Assembly (NCBI GenBank): GCA_951406725.2
Contig: OX597840.1
Span: 6,572,001-6,636,000 of the forward strand
Reading direction: 5' to 3'
Length of the DNA stretch: 64,000 nt
From: Octopus vulgaris
Taxonomy: Eukaryota
The notes under the pieces: generated by a model
What the model was told of the DNA's origin: nothing
Database searches by the model: none
What the model saw: only the letters and a program-made list of their open reading frames with translations
Made by a program: the position numbers and the translations under genes
In this document: positions 12,928 to 27,649 of the stretch, piece by piece
Position numbering within the stretch: position 1 is the stretch's first letter
Layout of the letters: the number at the start of each line of letters is the position of its first letter

Positions 12928-13415
12928 ATTGAGTGAGAGAGCAGTGCATGCCATCAAAGTGACACTGGGGTAAATATACGAAGCCCAGTATACCCATCAT
13001 GACTACCCGTCTGATAAGGGTACACCAGGCACATGCATCACAACCATATGTGCGCGACATGGTGATCTCATATCAAGATAAACAGCACATGACCTTGCAG
13101 GTGGGGCCCAGTTAGAATTTTCTTCAGGTTGAGTAGCCCATCCCGCTCAAACGGTCCCTGAATAAGGGTTGTTTAAGGATGTTGAAAGAACCACCCATGT
13201 TTCCAGAGGTGAACTATTCAAACCCCAAAGAATCCCTCTCAACACATGTCTATGATGCTCCCCCACTACTTCTGCTCGTGATCAGAGATGCACATATTGT
13301 CAGCCACTTAGGGACATGCTCAACTGGTTAAGGTCAAACAACTGACAAGCAAATCTGTGGTATTGAGCTGAATATTTGCTGTAGCCCATCTTTTATACCA
13401 AGACAAAACAATGTA
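12928..13415. mobile_element. Second copy of the ~490-bp (AAT)n-embedded element
   Basis: Reverse complement of 9017-9503. Confidence 0.85.
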
Positions 13416-13430
13416 CTATTATTATTGTTA

Positions 13431-13486
<56 letters not shown>

Positions 13487-13558
13487 CATTATCATCCTCA
13501 TCCTCATCATCATTATTATTATTATTATTATTATTATCATTATTATTGTTATTATTAA

Positions 13559-13631
<73 letters not shown>

Positions 13632-13703
13632 CATTATCATCCTCATCCTCATCATCATTATTATTATTATTATTATTATTATCATTATTATTGTTATTAT
13701 TAA

Positions 13704-13755
<52 letters not shown>

Positions 13756-13827
13756 CATTATCATCCTCATCCTCATCATCATTATTATTATTATTATTAT
13801 TATTATCATTATTATTGTTATTATTAA

Positions 13828-13912
<85 letters not shown>

Positions 13913-14035
13913 CATTATCATCCTCATCCTCATCATCATTATTATTATTATTGTTATTATTATTAAGAATGTCGTATAATAAAGAGTGAACAAGGAGGAG
14001 CAGAGGAACAGAATTTATTATGATTATTATTATTA

Positions 14036-14083
<48 letters not shown>

Positions 14084-14086
14084 TTA

Positions 14087-14156
<70 letters not shown>
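13416..14156. repeat. (ATT)n array with higher-order units
   Basis: The interruption aattatcattatcatcctcatcctcatcatc occurs four times. Confidence 0.9.
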
Positions 14157-14157
<1 letters not shown>

Positions 14158-14381
14158 AAACCCACAAACGCCCCTGTGAAATACAGCTACTCAGGGTTTT
14201 TCTGGTCGAAACATTAATCTATTTCGACGTCTATCTTGTTGTTTTTACCAGCTTGATAAATGGCGAAATAAATTAATATTTCGGCTGGGAAACTCTGGGT
14301 AACTGCATTTCAAAAGTCTTTTTGTGGTTTTTATTTTTAAAAAAACAACAACACAACAGCAACAGCAACAACAGCAACAGC

Positions 14382-14450
<69 letters not shown>

Positions 14451-14494
14451 AATAATAATAATAATAATAATAGTAATAATAATGGCTTCAAATT

Positions 14495-14533
14495 TTTACT
14501 TGTTTCAGTCATTTGACAAACACAGACACACAA

Positions 14534-14610
<77 letters not shown>

Positions 14611-14775
14611 TACGACGGGCTTCTTTCAGTTTCCGTCTACCAAATCCACTCACAAGTCTTTGGTCGGCCCGAGGCTATAGGAGAAGACACTTGCCCAAGG
14701 TGCCGTATTTTGGGACTGAACCAAGAACCATGTGGTTGGTAAGCAAGTAACTTACCACACAGCCACCCCTGCTCC
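14495..14775 (-). mobile_element. SINE family A, internally deleted
   Basis: Head and last tail bases present; middle of the tail missing. Confidence 0.85.
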
Positions 14776-15288
14776 TATCTATATATCTATTTATATAAAA
14801 CAGAGTTTGTGTGTGTGTGTATGTGTGTGTGTGTGTATGTGTGCGTGCGCGTGCGTGTGTGTATGTGTGTGCGCGTTTCTTATGGATTCGAAAACTGAGT
14901 TGCCGATTTTGACGTATGAGGTATAAAAATTCAGCAATCTTTCGGCTACCAAATAAAGTATGTTTTTTGCACAACAACTCTTTTTTACGACAAAAATTCC
15001 CTCGAAAACGAGGTCGAGTTACACAATTTTGAGGTCTTTAGCGAAGGGAGACAATTCTGCCTGAACAATCTTAATATCTTAGATCATAATGAGAAAATGT
15101 TTAAAATACATTGTTTTACCTAGGAATGAAATTTCGGAAGGGGTGGTAAGTAGGCTGCTTATCCCATGGTCCCGGGTTCAGTGACACTGCGTGGCACTTT
15201 GGGCAAGTGTCTTCCACTATAGCCTCGGGATGACCAAAGCCTTGTGAGTCGATTTGGTAGACAAAATCTGAAAGAATCCTGGCGTGTA

Positions 15289-15322
<34 letters not shown>

Positions 15323-15345
15323 TGTGTGTGTGTGTGCGTGTATAC

Positions 15346-15442
<97 letters not shown>

Positions 15443-15711
15443 TGTGTGTGTGTGTGTGTGTCTGTGTTTTGTTTAGTCCAGACTTGCTTCTGATGTAGCC
15501 GACTCATTAGATACTCTTTTTACTCTTTTGCCCTTTTACTTTTTTCAGTCATTTTGGCTGCAGCCGTGGTCTAGCGTGTAGAAAAACTAGTCAACAGACT
15601 ATATATTATTCATTATATATACAGTGTACATTTAAACACCTAAGGGATGGCCATAATCGGACATCTAAACCGCTAAAAGGTGTAGTTAAAATCCAATACC
15701 ACAATTATATA

Positions 15712-15877
15712 AGGCGCAGGAGTGGCTGTGTGGTAAGTAGCTTGTTTACCAACCACATGGTTCCGGGTTCAGTCCCACTGCGTGGCACCTTGGGCAAGTG
15801 TCTTCTACTATAGCCTCGGGCCGACCAAAGCCTTGTGAGTGGATTTGGTAGACGGAAACTGAAAGAAGCCCGTCGTA

Positions 15878-15963
<86 letters not shown>

Positions 15964-16140
15964 CGCAGGAGTGGCTGTGTGGTAAGTAGCTTGTTTACCA
16001 ACCACATGGTTCCGGGTTCAGTCCCATTGCGTGGCACCTTGGGCAAGTGTCTTCTACTATAGCCTCGGGACGACCAAAGCCTTGTGAGTGGATTTGGTAG
16101 ACGGAAACTGAAAGAAGCCCGTCGTATATATGTATATATA

Positions 16141-16197
<57 letters not shown>

Positions 16198-16415
16198 CTG
16201 TGTTTGTCCCCCTAGCATTGCTTGACAACCGATGCTGGTGTGTTTATGTCTCCGTTACTTAGCGGTTCAGCAAAAGAGACCGATAGAATACGTACTGGGC
16301 TTACAAAAGAATAAGTCCTGGGGTCGAGTTGCTCGATTAAAGGTGGTGCTCCAGCATGGCCGCAGTCAAATGACTGAAACACGTAAAAGAGTAAAAGAGT
16401 AAAAGAGTAAAAGAG
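15712..16415 (+). mobile_element. SINE family A, two heads and one tail
   Basis: aggcgcaggagtggctgtgtggtaag at 15712 and 15961, separated by (TA)n; ends in (GTAAAAGA)n. Confidence 0.92.
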
Positions 16416-16703
16416 TATATATATATATAATGAAAGGAGAACTCAGGAATATAGGCGGGTACATCATTCATTTGATCATGAAGAAATGGTTATGGATTAT
16501 ATGTAATATGACTAAATGTTACTTATTGCTTACATTCATGTTTTCTACCTTGCTGAACGATTTAGCTGTTGAAACGGTCGTAACCAAAGAATAAACGTGA
16601 TACCAATATCTCCACCCTTTTACTTGTCATGAGTGAGTGTACATATGTATATATGCATGCATGTATGTATGTATGTATGTATGTAAGTATGTATGTATGT
16701 ATG

Positions 16704-16734
<31 letters not shown>

Positions 16735-17083
16735 GTATGTATGTATGTATGTATGCATGCATGTAAGTATGAATGCATGTATGTATGTATGTATGTATGT
16801 ATATAATATGTATGTATGTATGTATATAATATGTATGTATACATGTATTGTACAGTCCATTTTTCTCAAAATAGAGTCACTGCATCGGTAAATATTCCGT
16901 TGTTATTTTTCATATATAATAAAACATACGCACATGCATTTGCGTATATAAATAGGATTATTATTTTAAAGCTATTTCAAGAATAACAGTAACTCTATTT
17001 CGAGAAAATGGACTTTACAATACATGCACACATACATACATACATACATACATACATACATACATACATACATACATACATAC

Positions 17084-17122
<39 letters not shown>

Positions 17123-17228
17123 AGGAAAAGAAGAAGAAGATATCGTTTTTTATCTATCGTTAATCAATGAAGACAACGACTTCGACGACATGACAATACA
17201 TACATACAGGCATTCATACATGCATACC

Positions 17229-17282
<54 letters not shown>

Positions 17283-17286
<4 letters not shown>

Positions 17287-17663
17287 CTTTATTACCCATA
17301 AGGGGCTAAACATAGAGGGGACAGACAAGGACAGACAAAGGGATTAAGTCGATTACATCGATCCCAGTGCGTAACTGGTACTTAATTTATCGATCCCGAA
17401 AGGAATTTGAACTCAGAACGTAACGGCAGACGAAATACCTATTTCTTTACTACCCACAAGGGGCTAAACACAGAGAGGACAAACAAGGACAGACAAACGG
17501 ATTAAGTCTATTATATCGACCCCAGTGCGTAACTGGTACTTATTTAATCGACCCCGAATGGATGACAGGCAAAGTCGACCTCGGCGGAATTTGAACTCAG
17601 AACGTAACCGCAGACGAAATACCGCTAAGCATTTCGCACGGAGTGCTAACGTTTCTGCCAGCT
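17283..17663 (-). mobile_element. SINE family C, tandem dimer
   Basis: Minus strand gctggcagaaacgttagc...gagttcaaattccgccgaggtcgactttgcc...gtcccctct...aaagaaa. The central domain resembles the Meta/Sauria-type SINE domain (from memory, unverified). Confidence 0.85.
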
Positions 17664-17673
17664 ATATAGATAG

Positions 17674-17776
<103 letters not shown>

Positions 17777-17899
17777 CATGCATGCATACATACACACGCG
17801 CATACATACATATTGCCATGTATTGTCATACATACATATATACATGCGTGCGTACGTACGTACAGTTCAATTTCAAGTACCTACAACATAAAAGGCAGA

Positions 17900-18620
17900 A
17901 AACATTGACACACAACAAATATAGGCTGTGCAAGACCAAAACTGAAGACATTAACCACATTATTGCCAACTTCAAGATAATATTCTTCCAGATATTATCT
18001 TGCCATGGCGCATGATGCGTTGGCCAGAACCGTCTGGAACAGGATAACAAAACAGAAAGCACCTACAGATGATGTTGACTATGTTGAGACCGATGGGGAA
18101 AAAGAATACTGGAAGAACTTGAAATAGCCATTGAGTCAAAGCACAACCGACCATATATTGTTACTTGGGATCACAAGGAAAAGGTATGTTCTATTGTGGC
18201 AATAAGATGCCTTCTGGGACACTCGTGTTGTTAGACAAATGCAAGAGAAGGAGGACGTCTGTGGACCATTGGGAAGGTGTTTGCAAATCTAGTCCCCAAG
18301 ATGCACTTTCTTTATTACCCACAAGGGGCTAAACATAGACAGACAAGGACAGACAAAGGGATTAAGACGATTACCTCGACCCCAGTGCGTAACTAGTACT
18401 TAATTTATCGACCCCGAAAGGAATTTGAACTCAGAACGTAACAGCATACCTATTATCATTGGAACAACAAGATACATATGGACCCATCTGGAGCAAAGTA
18501 TGGCTGAACTCGGGATCTTGGGGAGGGAATGTGAATTCCTTGATTCCTATGCTACAAATGATCACAATATCTGGGGCTATAAAAGTCTGAAAGCCTTTCT
18601 TAAGATTTTGAGGAATCTGA
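17900..18620 (+). mobile_element. Degenerate Dong/R4-clade LINE C-terminus interrupted by SINE C (18308-18445)
   Basis: YRLCKTKTEDINHIIA (zinc knuckle remnant), HDALARTVW, KHNRPYIVTWDHKEKVCSIV (PD-D/E region), IPIIIG. Confidence 0.75.
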
Positions 18621-19023
18621 GTAAAACAAGGTGCTTTCCTTCACAACGTTGTTCCCAAATATGTGACCAGTCAAAATCTATTCGAAATTAAAAAAAGAAT
18701 AAGAACCTACATACATATATACATACATAAATATATACTTGCTGGCATACATACATACATACATGCATGCATACATACATATATATGCATGTATATATGA
18801 ATGCATATATACATACATATATACATATATGTATATATATACACTCATACACACACCTACATATATATATATATACACATCTACATATATTGTATATAAA
18901 TGCATGTACTCACAGTATATATATATATACATTTACAAATACTACAGACCTATATATAGTATATGTATATAAATGTGTGTGTATATATACATACATATAT
19001 GCATGCATACATACATGCATACA

Positions 19024-19057
<34 letters not shown>

Positions 19058-19359
19058 CACACATACATACATCCATACATACATACATACATACATATAC
19101 AGACACACACTCATACAAAAAACACACATATGAGCTTATGCGTATATATACATACACATACAAACCTTTATATACGAACACACACATACAAATGTGCACG
19201 TATATATGTATTTATGCATACACCTATATATACATATACTTATATATACATATATACATATATATGTGCGTATAGTATATATAAAATATGTATACATATA
19301 TATAGATATATATATATATATAAATATACGTGTGTGTTTGTGTATGTGTATAAATATAC

Positions 19360-19420
<61 letters not shown>

Positions 19421-19889
19421 TGTCTGTCTGTCTGTCTGTCTGTCTGCTGCGTGTATTTTCCAGATCATTTCTGATGTGAAACATGCCAGATGTTAGTATA
19501 TTTCCAAATATTAACAGCAGAAATAGCAGAAACGCTGCGGGGAATTCGGGGTTACCGAGGGGGTTGAGAAGCCATGGAGGGAAGTGGATGGCGGGCAGTG
19601 GGAAGGAATGATGAGTGGGCAACGGATTGCAAGGGTGGAATGTTGGGGTGGCGTCGGAAAAAAGGTGTGTGTGTGTGTTTAGGACTTCCAGTAGTGATGA
19701 CGCAATGGAGACAATTAACAACAACAACAATGATGATGATGACGACGACGACGAAGGTGGTAGTGGTGGTGGAGGGGGGGTGAGGGTGCTGAGGGTGTGT
19801 GGTGGTGGCGGTGATGATCACGTGAATAAGGATGATGAAAGATAATGTCGACTCCCTATTCACTTGCTATCTCCCTCACTCTCTAAACA

Positions 19890-19925
<36 letters not shown>

Positions 19926-20013
19926 TGTATGTATGTATGTATGTATATATGTATGTATGTATATATGTATGTATGTATGTATGTATGTGTGTGTGTGTAT
20001 GTATGTATGTATG

Positions 20014-20047
<34 letters not shown>

Positions 20048-20065
20048 TGTATGTATGTATGTATG

Positions 20066-20163
<98 letters not shown>

Positions 20164-20281
20164 AGGGAAGAAATGGAGCCGAACGAAGATTCTACAAAAT
20201 TCCTTTTTATTATTTTCTACACATGTTTTGAATAATCCGTAACAAGATAATTCATTTATCCATTTCATTAAATATATATAT

Positions 20282-20873
20282 GATTGATTGATTGATTGAT
20301 TCCAGTTCCAGCCTGTGAGCTGTGGCCATGCTGGGGCACCGCCATTTGGTGTTGCTACTTGGTTTTACTTCATGGGGGCTTTCTAGCAACTGCTATTTGG
20401 TGCATGAGAGAGTTCGATGCAGCTGCCCTCATCTGCCCCTCCTGCCGTGAAGTTGGTTCATCTGGGACACCAGACAGGAAGAGATCCAGCTTCATTTTAA
20501 AGACATCTGTATCCACCCCATGCAGGTCTCTCAGGTTCTTCGGGAGGATATTGAAGAGCTGTGGGCCTCGGAAGCCCAGGCTATCACAGAATCTTGTCCT
20601 ACATCTTGATGGCAGGTTTGGAGTCCTAGGCACCACGCAGTGGCGCCCAGTTCTGGCATTTGTGTAACTCTCGATGCCAAAGTTCAGGACACTTCCCTCC
20701 AGGATCTTCCAGATGTATATTATGGCATATCTTTCCCGCCTACGCTCCAGGGAGTATAATTTTAATCTCTTGAGTCTTTCCCAGTAGCTTACATTCTGCA
20801 TAGAGGCTATCTTCTTTGTGTAGCTTCGTTGGATCGCCTCAAGTTCTGTGATCAACTTGACACTGGATGGTGA

Positions 20874-20876
<3 letters not shown>
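20282..20876 (-). mobile_element. CR1/L2-group LINE 3' end, 5'-truncated
   Basis: WSPS...LEAIQRSYTKKI...SYWERLKRLKLYSLERRRERY...GPQLFNILPKNLR...FKMKLDLFLSGVPDEP, then 3' UTR and (ATCA)n tail. Confidence 0.9.
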
Positions 20877-20930
<54 letters not shown>

Positions 20931-20932
<2 letters not shown>

Positions 20933-20990
20933 TCTCAAGATTAATCAGCTGAAATTGCGAGGATGATCCGGTTCTTGACTGAAGATTGAA
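20931..20990 (+). ncRNA. Putative non-circularly permuted hammerhead, second family
   Basis: AA-UC-UCAAGA..GAAA-UU..UCUUGA-CUGAAGA; same order and spacing as the 7581 and 22186 loci. Confidence 0.5.
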
Positions 20991-21066
20991 GGCTTCGAAT
21001 GACCCATCCATGTTTTTTGTAACGTCTTCTAAATGTTTTGCGTTCTTGTACCAGTTTGTATTTTTT

Positions 21067-21119
<53 letters not shown>

Positions 21120-21644
21120 TTCGTTTTTGTATCTGGTCTGCAAGATTCCTTGTGAATTCGTGTGTTGAAGCAAATTCTTTTGTGTCTGGGGAGGGTCATA
21201 GTGCTTTAACATAACACACGCACTGGTTCAATTTCCACTCGATTATTTACTTATCTATTTATTCCAGAAAGCTTTACACACGCAAAAGAAAAGAAACGGC
21301 ATATTGAACCAAGCAAGTTTCCCCTCTCTCTCTCAAACTTGTTTCTTCTTTCTTTTCCCTTCCTCTGCAAACCACCAAGACTTTCCTACTACTTTCTTTT
21401 CTCTTCTCTATCTTCACTATTTCCCATTCTATCCTCCTATATCATCCCTATACCTTCCTTTCTAATTTGTTCCTCTCGTTCCCCCCCCCTCTCTCTCTCT
21501 CTCTTTCTAAAACATCATCACTCTCAGTTTTATATAAAAAAGCGAAACAAAATTTTTTGATAAATTCGATAACCGAAGAAAGCGCTAAAATGTAAATAAA
21601 AATATATAAGCATCCAACATTCCGACTACCTTTTTTATCCTCAA

Positions 21645-21815
21645 TATGTATAAACAACAACGCGTGGACGTGGTACATACAAAGTATTAATAAGACGCTC
21701 GGGGAAGGAAAGAAAGGGTATTTTATGTTTCGAGCAGAGCTCTTCTTCAGAAACATGAGACAGAGGAAAATACAAAAGGAAAGGAAGGCACAGGCAAAAG
21801 TTGCCGACAATCAAC
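21645..21815 (-). mobile_element. Penelope-like terminal fragment with a minimal hammerhead (21721-21754)
   Basis: Minus strand UUU-CUGAAGA-A-GAGCucuGCUC-GAAA-CAUA-AAA; homologous to 49790-49936. Confidence 0.6.
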
Positions 21816-21952
21816 ACAGAGATAAATCCACTTGTGTTTTCTGGTGAGGCTCGGTTTGTCTATTATCGTGTGGCCTCCGTAATCTGTCTAAATGCGCTGA
21901 TATTACCTTAATCTCTATGTTATTAACTGAAGGGTCTACTATCTCTAAATTA

Positions 21953-22002
<50 letters not shown>

Positions 22003-22004
22003 TG

Positions 22005-22290
22005 TAATAAATAAAATATATGCATACATACAAACATATATGTACGTACCTACATCTACGTGTATATATACATGCATATATAAATATATATACATGTACA
22101 GGACACCACAAATAGACGTAGAACTCAACGGACCATTTTTTAACAACGGAAAAACAGAGTACAAGACAACTACACAAGGAAAAATCCCCTTCATCAGCTG
22201 TCCCTAGTTCCACTCCAGTGTGTTTCGAAGGTGGGGACAGAACACGTCTCACCGAACTAATCCTTCCTGCGAAAGAATTAAATAAAATTC
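22005..22290 (-). mobile_element. Second copy of the permuted-hammerhead repeat family
   Basis: Colinear with 7368-7690. Confidence 0.6.
22186..22246 (-). ncRNA. Putative non-circularly permuted hammerhead ribozyme
   Basis: GUG-UU-CUGUCCC..CCUUC-GAAA-CAC..GGGACAG-CUGAUGA-AGGGG. Confidence 0.65.
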
Positions 22291-22346
22291 CTTTGCGTCG
22301 ATTCGATTCGATTCGTTTGGTTTCGTTTCTTCTTCTTCTCTAAGCT

Positions 22347-22424
<78 letters not shown>

Positions 22425-22673
22425 TTATTTGATGGATTAAAATCCAAACTTTCAAGGAAAAAGAATTCAATTTAGAAAAACTAAATCAAATTCCCCACAA
22501 TATAATATATATAAAATATTAGAAAAAAACACCTTTTATCAATTCAAAATGAATAATTAAATTACACCATCTAGAAAATTACATATAATTGAAAAGTTAA
22601 AATTAAAATTAAAATAACAATTAAAAAGTAAAGATTATGTAAATTACAAAAATAATATAATGTATATAATATA

Positions 22674-22731
<58 letters not shown>

Positions 22732-22894
22732 GGTATATATACACGACGGGTTCCATACAGTTACTTTCTCCCAAATCCACTCAGTAGGCTTTGGTCGACC
22801 CAAGGCAATAGTAGAGGAAAATTGCCCAACGTGCCACGTTGTGATGTTGAATCCGGGGAGAAGTGGCTGGGAATCAAACTTGTTACCATATCCA

Positions 22895-25228
22895 CACACA
22901 CATATACACACACACATATATATACATACATACATACATACATACATACATGCATACATACATACGTACATACATACGTACGTACATACATACATGCATA
23001 CATACATACATACATACATACATACATACATACATACATACATACATACATACATACATACGTACATACATACGTACATACATACATACATACATACATA
23101 CATACATACACCCATACGTAGATACATACATACATACATACATACATACGTACATACATACATACATACATACATACGTACATACATACATACATACATA
23201 CATACATACATACGTACGTACATACATACATACATACACCCATACGTACATACATACATACATACATACATACATACATACATACATACGCCCATACATA
23301 CATACATACATACATACATACATACATACATACATACATACATACATACATACATACATACATACATACATACATACGTACATACATACGTACGTACATA
23401 CATACATACATACATACATACATACATACATACATACATACATACATACATACATACATACATACATACATTCATATATACATACATACATACATACATA
23501 CATAAATACATACTTATATACATACATACATACATACATACATACACACATACATACATACATACATACATACATACATACATACCCATACATACATACA
23601 TACATACATACATACATACATACATACATACATACATACATACATACATACATACATACATACATACATACATACATACATACATACATACATACATACA
23701 TACATACATACATACATACATACATACATACATACATACATACATACATACATACATACATACATACATACATACATACATACATACATACATACATACA
23801 TACATACATACATACATACATACATACACACATACATACATACATACATACATACATACATACATGCATGCATGCATGCATGCATGCATACATACATACA
23901 TACATACATACATACATGCATGCATACATACATACATACATACATACATACATACATACATACATACATACATACATACATACACACATACATACATACA
24001 TACATACATACATACATGCATGCATGCATGCATGCATGCATACATACATACATACATACATACATACATACATACATACATTCATACACACATATATACA
24101 TACATACATACATACATACATACATACATACATACATACATACATACACACATACATACATACATACATACATACATACACACATACATACATACATACA
24201 TACATACATGCATGCATGCATGCATGCATGCATACATACATACATACATACATACATACATGCATGCATACATACATACATACATACATACATACATACA
24301 TGCATACTTACATACATACATACGTACATACGTACATACATACATACATACATACATACATACATACATTCATACACACATATATACATACATACATACA
24401 TACATACATACATACATACATACACACATACATACATACATACATACATACATTCATACACACATACATACATACATACATACATACATTCATACACACA
24501 TACATACATACATACATACATACATACATGCATGCATGCATGCATGCATGCATACATACATACATACATACATACATACATACATACATGCATACATACA
24601 TACATACATACATACATACATACATACATACATGCATACTTACATACATACATACGTACATACGTACATACATACATACATACATACATACATACATACA
24701 TACATACATGCATGCATGCATGCATGCATGCATGCATACATACATACATACATACATACATACATACATGCATACATACATACATACATACATACATACA
24801 TACATACATACATACATACATACATACTTACATACATACATACGTACATACATACATACATACATACATACATGTATGTATGTATGTATGTATGTACATG
24901 TATGTATGTATAGACCAAAAGTGCCGTATGTATGTATGTAAAATGTATGTATGTATGTATGTATGTATGTATGTATGTATGTATGTATGTATGTATGTAT
25001 TATGTATGTATGTATGTATGTATGTATGTATGTATGTATGTATGTATGTATGTATGTATGTATGTATGTATGTATGTATGTATGTATGTATGTATATAAA
25101 TATATGTGCAAGTGTCTATAAATCTATGTATGCATGTATGTATATATGTATAAATGTATGTATGTATGTATGTATGTATGTATGTATGTATGTATGTATG
25201 TATGTATGTATGTATGTATATATGTATG

Positions 25229-25261
<33 letters not shown>

Positions 25262-25372
25262 TTGTAAGTATGTATGTATGTATGTATGTATGTATGTATG
25301 TATGTATGTATGTATGTATGTATGTATGTATTTATGTATGTATGTATGTATGTATGTATGTATGTATGTATG

Positions 25373-25406
<34 letters not shown>

Positions 25407-25456
25407 TGTATGTATGTATGTATGTATGTATGTATGTATGTATGTATGTATGTATG

Positions 25457-25490
<34 letters not shown>

Positions 25491-25680
25491 TGCATGTATG
25501 TATGCATGCTTGCATGTATGTATGTATGTATATGTATGTATGTATGTATATATATATGAATGTATGTATGTGCCTATGTATGAGTGTATATATATGTATG
25601 TATATATGTATGAATGTATGTATGTATGTATGTATGTATGTATGCATGTATGTATGAATGTATGTATGTACGCATGTGTC
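22895..25680. repeat. ~2.8-kb (TACA)n then (TATG)n satellite-like array
   Basis: Strand switch at ~24872 (catacatgtatg). Confidence 0.97.
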
Positions 25681-25839
25681 TGTGTGTTTATATTTATATA
25701 AATAAATACATATATATCAACGTTAAAGGCGCGAAATTGTAATGATCTTTTGGACGTTGAGTGATGAGGAATTAGTAACGAAATTTCTGTTTGCTGTTTT
25801 TGTAAAACTTTCTGTTTGTGTGTTTGTTAAATTTTCGCA

Positions 25840-25921
<82 letters not shown>

Positions 25922-25966
25922 ATGTGTGTGTGCGTGTGTATGTAAATGCGTATATAAACTGATACA

Positions 25967-26002
<36 letters not shown>

Positions 26003-26283
26003 CACGCGCGAGCACATACACAGAGGGAAAGAGACTAAAATAGATAGATAGATAGATAGATAGATACGCATACACATGTATGTGTACATGTGTGTGTGTG
26101 TTTATATGTATATATATATATATATACACGTACACACAAAAGCTCATGCACACGTACGTATATATATTTACATATACATAAAGACGCATGTACACACATA
26201 TACACGCAATTATATATATATATATGTATATATATAAATCCGTATATCTATATAATCTCTCTATATCTATACATATATGTATA

Positions 26284-26376
<93 letters not shown>

Positions 26377-27011
26377 GCGCGATGTGACGGTGTCGATTCA
26401 GCTGTTTTCTCCACGACGAAATTTAAATGTAAACACATGTCAACATGTGACCTTTCAACTTCCTCCTCTCCCTCCCTCCCACCCCCATCATTTCCAGAAC
26501 TCTACACCGCCACCACCGCCACAATCATCACCACCACGAACAAGACCATCACCACCAACAACCATCTCACCACCTACCCCGATCATTACCGCCTCCACCA
26601 CCGCCATTGCCAACACCACCACCACCGTCAACGCCACTAGCACACCGATACCGCCGCTCCCACCCTTATCACCACCGCCACCGCCACCCCCATTGTCACT
26701 ACCAACAGCACCAAATGGCAATCGGTTGTTGAAAAGTTCGCAGCATGTTTATAAATTTCTGTTTTATGCAAAGTCTAAGAATTTGAATAACAATTCAAGG
26801 CTGTTGATCTCTTTTTCCCTTTCTTTATTATCATTTTTTTTTTTTTTTTTGTTATATCGTCACTAGAGCCAGAACAGTAAGTTTATTTCGTTTTTACTGG
26901 GGTGGAGAATCTCTGGGTGTTTAGGAACCAATCAGGAGCCTTTAGGTGACTAAATGATCTACTTAAAAAAATAATCTGTCAATTTTGTTCCTGACAAACC
27001 ACACCCTGACG

Positions 27012-27325
27012 GGATCTTTTCGGTTTGACCGGCAATTTTTCTAGCGGTGTCATATAAAATTGTCACCCATAATTATGACCCTAGTATCGATCTATTGCAT
27101 TTCAATCTATTTTAGGGTTAGGTAGGATTAGGGTTAGGGTTAGGGTTAGGAGTGGGGGTAAGGGTATCTTTTTTTCTTCACAAATGTAAATAAACCCAAT
27201 CTGTTTCTTAAACGAGGGACATATTCATACGGCACAGAAAGTTTTTTTTTACCTCAATAGACGTCATCGATTGGTTGAAATTGCAGAAATTGAAGAAAAA
27301 AAACAACAAATATCTTACAAACTAT
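27012..27325 (+). mobile_element. TTAGGG-containing MITE, truncated
   Basis: ggatcttttcggtttga end; homologous to the full copy at 63555-63979. Confidence 0.85.
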
Positions 27326-27649
27326 GGCGTCTTACAAAACAAAAAACTGTGAAATGAAGAGCAAGGTGTGGTTGAATGGAAGTGTTTCGAGTCCAGAACT
27401 TTCTGCTGGATTACATGGAGAAACGGTGGTAGTCATGGCTACTCCCAGTAGAGTTTAGCTGTACAGGAATCCCTGCGCAGTCAATATGGAGAATGTTTAC
27501 AGTCATTAAAATATGAGGAAAAGAGCGGAAGATAGGTGTGCACAGGATGAGAGAGGCAACAAAAAGTCTCTTGCCGGTTACTGAGCAAGAGAAAGGAGTT
27601 GAATTGAGAGCCAGGAGGTAAGGATAAGCAGTGAGTGATTTGATTACTA

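Noticed and set aside
22621-25701. ORFs of 400-690 aa (MYVC/YIHT repeats)
   Set aside because: Translations of a stop-free tetranucleotide microsatellite; no domain or splice evidence.
26369-26866. Pro/Thr-rich ORF
   Set aside because: Degenerate (CCA)n low-complexity tract; similar tracts at 19550-19850 and 61480-61700; no splice support.
27110-27160. True telomere or chromosome fusion site
   Set aside because: The TTAGGG units are internal to a MITE present four times in the window.
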